In this document: piece by piece, positions 50,393 through 60,719 of the stretch | Numbering within the stretch: position 1 is the stretch's first letter | How the letters are laid out: every line of letters starts with the position of its first letter | From: an uncultured Poribacteria bacterium | Lineage (GTDB): Bacteria; Poribacteria; WGA-4E; WGA-3G | Reading direction: 5' to 3' | Length of the DNA stretch: 64,000 nt | NCBI GenBank assembly: GCA_951813545.1 | Contig: OX638352.1 | Span: forward strand, 3,728,767-3,792,766 | The notes under the pieces: generated by a model | Told to the model about the DNA's origin: nothing | The model's input: the letters and a program-made list of their open reading frames with translations, nothing else | Databases searched by the model: none | Made by a program: the position numbers and the translations under genes

Positions 50393-52348
50393 TCAATTTT
50401 CCTCTACAGAAATCTTTAGGTAGAAAGCGTTCATGTCCCCTTTTTTACTGAACCAGTCGCCGGTGGCACCCAGTTTAAAAACTTCGCCTCGCTCAAAACG
50501 ATGTCTGATTGTTGTCGCTGTATTGGGTTTAATCCCCCATGCCGAGACGATCGCATCAGGTATCCCTTCTGTCGGGAGTTCGGTGTCGCTATCAAATAGA
50601 TCAAACGACCCTGCCGCGTCTGCACTTCCGACCTGAACATAGATAGTAAGCGTGCCACCGTCTTCAAACGCCGTTGTATCTATATTGACGACAGTGTAAT
50701 CTTGATAACCGTTTCCCGGTGCCCGAAAAAGATCCAATATTTCTGGTGACGATTGGGCACTGTCGAGTACAACACGCAAGCCAGTTGAAGGTGTGCCTTC
50801 ATTTGAATTTTCCTGTACGGAAACTGTTGCGCGAAAAGCGTTGACACACGGTTCCGCTCTATCCCAATCTCCGGTAGCACCCAACTTAAAAAGTTGACCG
50901 CGATCGAAGCGGTGCATGATCTGCCTTGTAGCACCGGATGCAATCCATGTCCGAGCAAGCGTGTTTTTAGGTGTTTTTTCTTCCGTGGAAAGTTCACTAT
51001 CGCCGTCAAACAGACAGAACCCACCTTCACCTTCATCTCTCCCAGTTTCAATGTCAATAGTGAGGGTGCCACCATTTTCAAAGTCCGTCGTATCAATCAA
51101 GACAACGGTATAATCTTGATAGCCGACCGTGGGGGTCCGAAAAACGTCCAACACTTCCTGCGAAGGCGACTCTCTGGTGAGGATGAGGTTCCCCAATCCG
51201 GGTTGTTTCCTGGCTAAGGCTTGCTGGAGGAATATGAGATAATATTCATACTGCGGGAGTCCTTTGCGATTACTGTCTTCATAGAGCTCGTTGACGAGTT
51301 GTCTGCCCATCAATTCAAGATCTGGCGAGATAATCAAACAGTCTACGGGTGAATGTTCTTTCCATCCCTTCATGACGGCTTCTGCCAAAGGATGTTTTCT
51401 ATTAAACAGTGCTCTGGATCCGTCTTCAAATCTCTGCGTCGCATAGTCACGCATTACGGATGTCCGCTCTAATACGATATTCGACACCCAGGTATTAATG
51501 AAATTTTCATTTAAGAATTCAATATTTTTATCATAAGAGAGGACACCTGCCCTCAGACCTTTGCCGCTCCCTCAGCACGCCTCATCAGTGAGCGGGCCAT
51601 CTATTGAGATAACATGAATCGGCTTCTGTTGTGTTTGTGCAATTTCTAACGCCTGCTCCGGCAGCACCCAGTTAATTTGTTCTGATTTATAGAAACGCTG
51701 TGTTAGGATGCGTTTCGCTTCTTCATCGGTAATGGAATCCCCTATGAATTCGACATCTCGGACTGGGTTCTGTGTTCCGACACGGAGTTCCATTTGCTGG
51801 CAAAGACCGCTATCGATAATAGAATATTTTTCTTGCTTCCAACTAACATCAAAGTTTATTGGACCCTCAGGAACGTACATCTCGAAAAAAGTAACCTTCT
51901 CTCCGGTTCGGTCAACCACAAGATGTCCCGTAAACTGCGAGGGTGTAAACCTGCCATCTTCAAACTTGAACTCTGCATGAATCCGAAACACAATGTCGGC
52001 GAATTGATCGTTGTACGCGCGCAGGCATGCCCATAACCCGCATGAATCACTGACATTGATGCTCATATCTAAATTTGGATTCGGATGCAGTTGCTGAAGT
52101 AATTCCGTTACACCGTCTTCCTCAATCTGCCAGCATTCACCCACTGAAACCGATTCCGATGGAAGAAATGCTTGGAAAACAGATGCGGAATACTGCTTTT
52201 TTGGTTCGGCAACCCGTAAGTTTGCCAATTCATCCCACTCAATGTGGAAGTTGTTTATTGTATATTCAATCGGGGCAATGAAGGCTTTGACGGATACTTC
52301 TGTGTCCCCATCAAGATTAAGCGTGATTTTGTTTTCTAAGGTTTCCAT
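50393..52348 (-). CDS. Selenoprotein N-like protein, copy 4 (651 aa; Sec TGA at 51572-51574; duplicated C-terminal domain)
   Basis: In-frame join DEAC-U-GSGKGLRAGVLSYDKNIEFLNENFINTW. Confidence 0.9.
51539..51554 (-). promoter_or_regulatory. Candidate bacterial SECIS, copy 4
   Basis: GAGGGC-AGGT-GTCCTC hairpin starting 17 nt after the UGA. Confidence 0.65.
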
Positions 52349-52349
52349 G

Positions 52350-53912
52350 TCAGTTCTCCTCTACAGAAATTCTTGCCTGAAACGCATTGGTGCTGCCTTT
52401 CTCACTTCTACCGCAACACCCGGTAGCACCCAATCTAAAAAACGCACCTTGGTCAAAGCGATGTGTGAGTTGCCCTGTCTCATCAGGCTCAATCCATGCA
52501 GAAGCAAGTCTCTTATCTTTAGGCACCCGTTCATCCATTGGAAGCTCGCTGTCACCATCAAACAAATAGAAGTACCCTTCCGCATCCGCTCTACCAGTTT
52601 CAATATCAACGGTTAACGTGCCACCATTTTCAAACGCTCTTGTATCAATGACAACGACTGTATAATCCTTATACCCAACCATCGGTGTTTGGAAAACATC
52701 CATGACCTCCTGAGAAGGTTCTTCACTGTTCAGAGTGATGTTCCCCAATCCGGGTTGCTTTCCCTCCAAGCACTCCTTGAGAAACATAAGGTAACCCTCC
52801 TCCCACCGGAGTTTTCTACGCCAGGTGTCGTCAATAAAATCATTGACAAGCAGCCTACCCATCAATTCAAACTCTGGTGAAATGACGAAACAATCCACAG
52901 GTGACCCTTTTTTCGATCCAGTTTTCCAGCCGCTTATGATCGCTTGTGCCAACGGATGGCTTGTGTCAAACGTTTTCCCCTCGCGCTCGCGTCTCTTCGC
53001 AATCGGCTCTTGCAGACTATGGATACGCCCTAATTCTGCATCTGCTATCCAAGTGTTGATAAAATTTTCGTTCAAGAATGCTATGATTCCATCGTCATAG
53101 AGGACACCTGCCCTCAGGCATTTGCCACTGCCTCAGCACGCCTCGTCCAAAAGCGGTCCACCTACTGAGATGACATGAACCGGTTTCTGTTGTGTGGGTG
53201 CCATCTCTAACGCTTCCACCAACGATACCCAGTTAATTTGTGCCGACTTGTAGAAACGGAGCATCAGCGCGCGTAGTGCTTCCTCTTGGCTGATAACTTC
53301 TGCGAATTCGGCACCTTCCAAAACATCTCGCGCTTCTGCATGGAGTTCCATTTGCGGGCAAAAACCGATGTCCGCCCCGCTGCGTTCGTCTCCAAATAGT
53401 TTCCAACGTACATCAAAATTCAGTGTGGTTTCTGGAAGGTGCATCTTGAAGGCAGCAACTTTCTTTTCTAACCGGTCAATAACCATATATCCGGTAAACT
53501 GCGATGGGGCAAACCAGCCTTTTTCTAAAACGAATTCCGCATGGATACGGAACAAAATCTCAGCAAACGCATCATTGTAGGCGCGTAGACACGCCCACAA
53601 ACCGAAAGAATCCTCCGCAGCAACGTCCAACTCCAATTGTGGGTTTGGACTGAGTTGTCGCAACAGTGTTAACGCCCCTTCTTCTTCAATCTGCCAGCAT
53701 TCACCTACAGAGACCGGCTCCTGTGGCAAAAATGCTTGAAAAACGGAGGCAGGATATTGCTTTTCGGGTTCAGCAACCCGCAGATTCGCTAATTCGTCCC
53801 AGTCCACGTGGTAGTTGCGTTGCGTGTATTCAATCGGCGCGATGAAACCTTTGACAGACACTTCTGCATCATCATCAAGCTTAAGTGCAATTTTATTGTT
53901 GAAAGTTTGCAT
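52350..53912 (-). CDS. Selenoprotein N-like protein, copy 3 (520 aa; Sec TGA at 53133-53135)
   Basis: Start MQTFNNKI aligns with the paralogs; join DEAC-U-GSGKCLRAGVLYDDGIIAFLNENFINTW. Confidence 0.9.
53100..53115 (-). promoter_or_regulatory. Candidate bacterial SECIS, copy 3
   Basis: GAGGGC-AGGT-GTCCTC hairpin starting 17 nt after the UGA. Confidence 0.65.
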
Positions 53913-54048
53913 TTTTCGGTATGAACTTCCTTTTCGGTATAGGATACCATTGCCATTGGAAAGAGGCAATGATTCGCTTATACACATTTTTGGATGCACT
54001 TATATATACTAAAGTTTGGACGATTCGTGTTGCATGCAAGTTAAGTTT

Positions 54049-54576
54049 TCAAAGTGTTTCGCTCGCCTCTTTAAGCACCGCGTCGATCAAACCGCTACTG
54101 AGTCGGAAGCCTTTTTCCTGGAGTTGCAATAGTAACGGTCGAACCGCTCTAATTTTGCCCTTCTTTTTCGCAAACAAAAGAAAACCTGCTACACCGGCTG
54201 CTTGCAATCCTAAAGATTGAGCAACTTTTCGCCCGCGTAGGTCATCAACAAACACGTTCGTTACATCCAGTTCCGTTGCTAATACCAGTGTTTCAGCCTC
54301 TCCTTTATCTAATGTCGCCATTAGCATTGTAACTGCCGATGTGTTAGAAACGGTTTGTCTTTCAACAAAAGTCGCCTGTCGCAATTCTTTTTCACCCGGT
54401 CTCCCTTCTCCGCGTTCAACAACTTCCTCCCAAACTTTGTCCGCGATGATCAGCGTTCCGACAAGTGCTTTCAAAGTGTCCCACTGTTGGCAAAGAGAGA
54501 TACCAATTACAAATGAAGCATCCGCGACAACTATCAACTTGCTTGCCTCGGTTACTTTGTTTGTTGTATTAAGCAT
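54049..54576 (-). CDS. PIN-domain (DUF3368) putative toxin
   Basis: VVADAS, LDKGEAE, VDDLRGR and GFRLS motifs. Confidence 0.85.
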   Translation of the reverse strand: MLNTTNKVTEASKLIVVADASFVIGISLCQQWDTLKALVGTLIIADKVWEEVVERGEGRPGEKELRQATFVERQTVSNTSAVTMLMATLDKGEAETLVLATELDVTNVFVDDLRGRKVAQSLGLQAAGVAGFLLFAKKKGKIRAVRPLLLQLQEKGFRLSSGLIDAVLKEASETL

Positions 54577-54836
54577 TCGACAGCCTTCAATTCCTGTTGG
54601 ATTTCCTCATCATCGTATTCAGCAATCGGGATATCCTGCTGACTCAGAAGTCGAATAAAATCCCATAAGTGTAGTTCCGCCAATTTTGCAGCTTGCCCTA
54701 AAGAGAGAATGTTACGCTCGAAGAGAGAGATCGCAAGCAACCGTTTTGCCTCCTCAGTCAGTTTTTCTTGATTATAGCCGGAAATAGAAAGTGGAGTTGA
54801 AAGCTCATTAGGGACATCCAACGTGATAGAACGCAT
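54552..54836 (-). CDS. UPF0175 family putative antitoxin
   Basis: LAISLF...LSLGQAAKLA.....F..LL motif; overlaps the PIN gene. Confidence 0.85.
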   Translation of the reverse strand: MRSITLDVPNELSTPLSISGYNQEKLTEEAKRLLAISLFERNILSLGQAAKLAELHLWDFIRLLSQQDIPIAEYDDEEIQQELKAVECLIQQTK

Positions 54837-54996
54837 GATTCTTACCTCTATATCGCATTAAGGGTATCACCAAAATGTAGTTCGTTTTTGATTACAAAAC
54901 ACTGCCCATAGGTCCAGTAGCAGTATAACACTTTTCACAAGAAAACGTAATTTTAATTTCACTTTATCCAAACTTTAGTGTATAGCATCGCAAATG

Positions 54997-56682
54997 CTAC
55001 ATTGATTCAAGCTTTTCTGCTGGTTCTACAGAAATTCGTGCTTGAAAGGCGTTGACATACTCTTTCTTATCCATAAGTTCAGAAGAGACAATCACCAACT
55101 TAAAAACTTGACTCCGGTAGAAAGGATACGTAATTTGCGCCGTTCCACTGGGCGGAACATCCGTAGCATTGGCAATAGACTGGTCGTAACGCTGTCCGCG
55201 TTCTGCGGGGAATTTGATGTCGCTATCGTACAAATAGAACGAACCTGCGAGTTCGGCACTTCCGAGACGTATATCAATCGTGAGTATCCCACCCTTTTCA
55301 AACGCGGCAGCATCAATTGTTACAATGGTGGATTCCTGATAACCGACCTCCGGCGTACGTATAACGTCCACTACTTCCAACGTTGGCTGTGCGGTGCTTA
55401 GCACCACGTCCAATCCTGTTAAGAAAGGCTTGAAAGGGCTTTCTTGCTCCGAGATATCCCCTTCCTCACCTAATAGATATGCGAAAGAATTATCAGCACT
55501 AAATCCCGGATATTTATCTTTTAAGGCTTCCATGAGAAAGAGTCGGTAATTTTCCGCCCTTGTCCTTCCGCCATCCCAGTCGTGACCGTCATAGAGATAT
55601 TTATTCAAAGGGAGTTTCCCTTTCAATTCAAAGTCAGGTGATATAACGAGACAGTCCACAGGTGAGCGTTCGTGCCACCCCTTTTTGATTGCTTGTGCTA
55701 ACGGATGAGTAGTGTCAAACGATTTAGATTGGTGTGCGTACCTTTTGGCAATATATTCTCGCATATACGGTTTCCGTTCCAATTCAAAATTGGATACCCA
55801 TGTATTGATAAAATTTTCGTTCAAGAATTTGATGATGCGTTCATTCGCGAGGACACCTGCCCTCAAATCTTTACCGCTCCCTCAGCACGCCTCATCGGTG
55901 AGCGGACCATCGACTGAAATGACATGAACGGGCTTCTGTTGTGCCTGTGTCATTTCCAATGCTTCCCCCAGCGATACCCAGTTAATTCGTTGTGATTCAT
56001 AGAATCGCAGGATTAAGAGACGTTCGGCTTCTTCTTGTGTGATTGCGTCTGTGAATTCGGTGTCTTGTAGAACATCTTGTGTTCCAGCACGGAGCTCCAT
56101 TTGCGAGCAGTAGCCGCCATCTGTAATCCATCGGGGAGCGTCCCAACCTTCTAATGTCGTTTCCCAATGAACGTCAAAGTTAAGTGTGCCTGCGGGGAGG
56201 TACATCTGAAAGAAAACAATATTCTCTTGTGCCCGATTAATAATGAGATGTCCAGCGAACTGGGAAGGCGTAAACCAACCGTCGGTTAAGGCAAATTCCG
56301 CGTGAATGCGAAACATGATGTGAACAAGTTGATCGTTGTAAGCGCGCAGACATGCCCAAAGACCTTTAGCCTCTTCTATGCCATACATCTCCGCACGCAT
56401 TTCCAGAGAAGGATAGGGATGAAGTTGTTTCAGTAATTTTTGGACACAGGCTTGTTTAATTTCCCAACACTCACCTACTGAAACTGCCTCGGCTGGAAGA
56501 AAATCTCGAAACACAGACGTAGAATACTGCTTTTCTGGTTCCGCAGCGCGTAGATTCGCCAACGCATCCCATTTCCTATGAAAGTTGCCTGCGGTATGCT
56601 CAATCGGTGCGATGAAGGCTTTGACCGATACATCTGCATCCTCAGCAAGATTAATTGTGATTTCGTTTGGTAGCGTCTTCAT
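54997..56682 (-). CDS. Selenoprotein N-like protein, copy 2 (561 aa; Sec TGA at 55882-55884)
   Basis: In-frame join DEAC-U-GSGKDLRAGVLANERIIKFLNENFINTW. Confidence 0.9.
55849..55864 (-). promoter_or_regulatory. Candidate bacterial SECIS, copy 2
   Basis: GAGGGC-AGGT-GTCCTC hairpin starting 17 nt after the UGA. Confidence 0.65.
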
Positions 56683-58206
56683 TATTAATTTCCTCTACAG
56701 AGATTTTTGCCAGAAATGCGTTGGTACACACTTCTCCTTCGTCCCAATATCCTGAAGCACCTAACCTGAAAAGTTGTCCTCGGTCAAAACGGTGTGTAAT
56801 CTGCAGTGTATCTTCGGGTTCACCCCACGTCCCAGTGAGTGCATCTTTCGGTTCTTCTTCATCTATGGAAAGTTCGCCATCCTCGTCAAATAGATAAAAC
56901 TCACCGTCACCACTGTCCCTGCCGATTTTAATATCAATGGTTAATGTCCCGCCGTTTTCAAAAGATGTGACATCAATCACGACAACGGTGTAATCTAAAT
57001 AACCGACAGTTGGTGTCCGAAAAACGTCCAGCACTTCCTCTTCAGGATGCTCACGGGTAAGAACAATGTTCCCCAATCCGGGCTGTTTCCCTTCGAGGGC
57101 TTCCGTAAGGAATGTGTGATAATATTTCGATGGAGAGATATTATCCCTTGCGAGTTCATTAAACTGTTGTTTACCCATCACTTCAAATTCGGGTGATATA
57201 ACGAAGGAATCCACCGGCGACCCTTTTTTTGAGCCGATCTTCCATCCCCTCATGATGGCTTGTGCCAAAGCGTGGGTTGTATCAAACGGCTTGCCTTCGC
57301 GCTCGCGTCTTTTCGCGATCGGTTCTCGTAAACGACGGACACGTCCCAACTCAGAGTGGGGGACCCATGTGTTAATGAAATGTGCGTTCAAAAATTCAAT
57401 AATTTCGTCTCTTGAGAGGACACCTGCCCTCAGACCTTTGCCACTGGCTCAGCAGGACTCATCGAAGAGCGGTCCATCTATGTGATCGCGTGGATCGGTT
57501 TCTGCTGTGCCGGTGCCATTTCCAAAGCCTCCTCCAGCGATGCCCAGTTAATGTGCTGAACCTTGTAGAAACACGATATCAGTGCACCTTCGGCTTCTTC
57601 TTGTGTGATTGACGCGATAAATTCGACATCCTGAGGTAGTGTCCCTGTGCAGAGTTCCATTTGAGGACAATAGCCAATATCGGATCCGATTGTGTTCCGA
57701 TAAGTATCAAAGTTCAGCGTCCCTTTAGGAACATGCATCTGAAAAAATGTGATTTCTTTTTTGATTCGGTCAACAACGAGATGACCAGCAAACTGGGAAG
57801 GTGTGAACCTACCATCTGCAAATTCAAACTCGGCATGGATGCGAAATACAATGTCAGCAAATTTCTCGTTGTAAGCGCGTAGACATGCCCACAAGCCATA
57901 CGAATCCCCGTTATTGATGTCCAAATTCAATCTCGGATTCGGGTGAAATTGCCTTAGTAATTCGAGCACACCCGTTTCTTGAATCTCCCAACATTCACCC
58001 ACCGAAACCGGTTCCGATGGAAGGAATGCCTGAAAAATGGATGCGGCATGTTGCTTTTCTGGTTCGGCGACTTGCAGATTTGCCAATGCCTCCCACTCTA
58101 CGTGAAAGTTGTATTGCGTGTATTCAATCGGTGCGACGAACCCTTTAAGGGAGACTTCTGCGTCCGCATCAAGATTGAGTGTGATTTTGTTGTTCAAAGT
58201 TTTCAT
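56651..58206 (-). CDS. Selenoprotein N-like protein, copy 1 (Sec TGA at 57449-57451; 1-nt frameshift at ~57480, either error or pseudogene)
   Basis: KPIHAIT/[I]DGPLFDESC-U-ASGKGLRAGVLSRDEIIEFLNAHFINTW; restoring one A (ACA ATA) restores the frame. Confidence 0.8.
57416..57431 (-). promoter_or_regulatory. Candidate bacterial SECIS, copy 1
   Basis: GAGGGC-AGGT-GTCCTC hairpin starting 17 nt after the UGA. Confidence 0.65.
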
Positions 58207-58208
58207 TG

Positions 58209-59711
58209 TTATCCATCCTGCGTTGTTCTTGGGATGATGTCGTGAACACCGCCTTCACGAATACTTGCTGAAGAGACTAACACAAATCTCGCTTTTTGAC
58301 GAAATTCCGGTAGCGATATCGCCCCACAATTACATAGAAGTGATCGGATTTTTGCGAGGGTCGTTTTCAAATTATCGTTCATTTTTCCCGCATAAGGCAC
58401 ATAGGCATCGGCACCCTCCTCGAACAATAATTCTGTACCGCCGCCTTCGTGGTAGCGTTGCCAATTAGCAGCTCGCTTTGTTCCTTCTCCCCAATATTCT
58501 TTTACTGTATTCATACCAAGTTTTCTTAGTTTACTTGGACTTTCATCAAATCTCGCAAAATATCTGCCCATCATCACGAAATCAGCACCCATGGCGAGTG
58601 CCAAACCGATATGATAATCTTGGAATATACCACCATCTGAACAAATCGGCACGTAAACACCGGTCTCCTTCAAATACAGGTCCCTTTGCCGGGCGACTTC
58701 AATGACAGCAGTTGCTTGCCCACAACCGATTCCTTTCTGTTCCCTTGTTATACAAATGGCACCCCCACCGATCCCTACTTTTACAAAATCAGCACCGGCT
58801 TCTACCAAATACATAAATGCATCGCCGTGAACGACATTCCCGCCGCCTACTTTCACAGTATCGTTGTACTCATTTTTAATAAATCGAATGGTGTCTGATT
58901 GCCATTCTGTATACCCTTCGGACGAATCAACGCAGATAATATCAACACCTGCTGCTACCAGTGCTGGTACTCTCTCTTTATAATCTCTTGTATTAATTCC
59001 GGCACCTACCACGAGTCTTTTCTGCGAATCTACGGATTCAAGTGGATTTTTTTTATGGTCATCGTAATCTTTCCTGAAGACCAGATGTACCAGTTTACGA
59101 TTTTCATCAATAATCGGCAGACAATTTATCTTGTGTTTCCAAATGAGGTCGTTGGCATCCTCAATCGTAATTCCCTTTTGACCGACAATTAGTTCGGGAA
59201 ACGGGGTCATGAATTCGCTTACTTTAGCGTTTAGATCTACTCGACTCAGTCTATAGTCCTTATCCGTTATGAGTCCGAACAGTTTTCCTGAAGACGAACC
59301 GTCTTCGGTTATGGGAATCGTCGAGTGTCCTGTTTCTTCGGTAAGTTTCACGACATCTGCTATCGTGCTATCACGCTTTAAATTTGAGTCGCTGACGACG
59401 AAACCTGCTTTGTGACTTTTAACTGTCCGGACCATTGCTGCCTGCTCTTCAATACTTTGGGACCCATAAATAAAGGAGATCCCGCCCTGTCTTGCGAGTG
59501 CGATTGCCAAATTGTGGTCCGAAACGGCTTGCATGATGGCTGAAGCAAACGGAATATTCACTTCCAGAGAGGGTGGTTGCTGCCCTGCTTTAAACTTCAC
59601 CAGAGGGGTTTTCAGGACAACGTTTTCAGGGATACAATCCTTCGTGGTTAAGTTGGGTAAAAGCAGGTACTCGCTGAAAGTCCGGCTTGCTTCCGAAAAA
59701 AAGTGAGCCAT
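58209..59711 (-). CDS. guaB: Inosine-5'-monophosphate dehydrogenase (with CBS domains)
   Basis: [27 protein letters not shown] (catalytic Cys), SDGGI and MMGRYFA motifs. Confidence 0.95.
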   Translation of the reverse strand: MAHFFSEASRTFSEYLLLPNLTTKDCIPENVVLKTPLVKFKAGQQPPSLEVNIPFASAIMQAVSDHNLAIALARQGGISFIYGSQSIEEQAAMVRTVKSHKAGFVVSDSNLKRDSTIADVVKLTEETGHSTIPITEDGSSSGKLFGLITDKDYRLSRVDLNAKVSEFMTPFPELIVGQKGITIEDANDLIWKHKINCLPIIDENRKLVHLVFRKDYDDHKKNPLESVDSQKRLVVGAGINTRDYKERVPALVAAGVDIICVDSSEGYTEWQSDTIRFIKNEYNDTVKVGGGNVVHGDAFMYLVEAGADFVKVGIGGGAICITREQKGIGCGQATAVIEVARQRDLYLKETGVYVPICSDGGIFQDYHIGLALAMGADFVMMGRYFARFDESPSKLRKLGMNTVKEYWGEGTKRAANWQRYHEGGGTELLFEEGADAYVPYAGKMNDNLKTTLAKIRSLLCNCGAISLPEFRQKARFVLVSSASIREGGVHDIIPRTTQDG

Positions 59712-59846
59712 TGTTCATTCCTCCAGTCAAAAAATAAAAAATGATTGTCGGTTAAGAGAGGGTTTGGTTTGGCAAGTCCCTCTTTAGTTGAAGACCGATA
59801 ACCCTCTTCCGCTCATTTTGAGATTCTTGATTTGGGTAACACATAA

Positions 59847-60545
59847 TTATACTAATTCGGAAACGATGTCGCACAACTCCGAGATTTCATCAACGGCAAT
59901 TCCCCGCCAGTCTTCTACTTCAGGTCGATATGAGTCGTAGACATCCGTTAGATCAGCACGTTTCAGTATCGGTAGCATACCGACCGCTGATGCACCCGTC
60001 AATTCTTCACCGCTTCCATCCCCAACGTAAAGACACTCCTGTGGTTGGACCTTCAGTCGCTCACACGCTATCTGGTAGATGCGACGTGCTGGTTTTCTAA
60101 TCCGTTCTTCACAGGAGAAAACAGGAACGTCAATGTATTGGGCTAACGAAGACCGAGAGAAAGCGGATGGGATAGGCGGTCTGCAATTGGTGATAAGTCC
60201 TAAAAGTAAACCATCACTTTTTAGTGTATTCAATGCCGCTAAGACCTTGGGCTCGATCACGAGCGTACTCTCTGAGAATTCATAATGCAGAGTGACAACC
60301 TGCTCAATTTGGGTCGTATTCACTTTAACACTTAAGCGACGACATATCTCAAGTATATTGTCTTCAACGGCATGATAGCCACCTGAAGATTTATCGTTGA
60401 TTGTTTCCAGCATGACTTGCCGGAATTTTGGGTATGGAATATCAAGGGTTTTTGCCATCTGTTCTTGGACTTGGTCGTACGCGTGGCTGCTGAAATTTTC
60501 AACTAATGTCCCATATAAATCAAATATGATGGCTTTGTAAGGCAC
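59847..60545 (-). CDS. HAD-superfamily hydrolase
   Basis: IFDLYGTL, ITN, KP..RIY and YVGDG motifs. Confidence 0.9.
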   Translation of the reverse strand: MPYKAIIFDLYGTLVENFSSHAYDQVQEQMAKTLDIPYPKFRQVMLETINDKSSGGYHAVEDNILEICRRLSVKVNTTQIEQVVTLHYEFSESTLVIEPKVLAALNTLKSDGLLLGLITNCRPPIPSAFSRSSLAQYIDVPVFSCEERIRKPARRIYQIACERLKVQPQECLYVGDGSGEELTGASAVGMLPILKRADLTDVYDSYRPEVEDWRGIAVDEISELCDIVSELV

Positions 60546-60719
60546 TTTCGCTCCTTATGTTTAAGGTTTGGAGGATTTTTTAGATAACAATAGATATATT
60601 ATGGTTAACCGACAGAAATTTGGTTTCTTCAGATTTTTAAGAAATATTCGGGAGACAGTTAGACAGTTCGTCGGTTAGACTGGATATAGTGGAATCCAAT
60701 TTGTTCACATCCGAGACTG

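Larger units (their letters stand above)
54009..54978. mobile_element. Non-autonomous cassette with IS701-like ends carrying a toxin-antitoxin pair
   Basis: CTAAAGTTTGGACGAT at 54009 and TCCAAACTTTAG ending at 54978 match the IS ends at 5915 and 7316. Confidence 0.7.

Noticed and set aside
53913-53999. N-terminal extension of SelN-like copy 3
   Set aside because: The paralogs start at M.T..N.I, which corresponds to the ATG at 53912.
48760-58206. Alternating two-gene (A-B) repeats, independent pseudogenisation, or an alternative genetic code
   Set aside because: The same TGA follows Cys in five diverged paralogs, with conserved in-frame linker codons. The downstream 'starts' are internal TTG/GTG codons, and many genes in the window end in true TGA stops.
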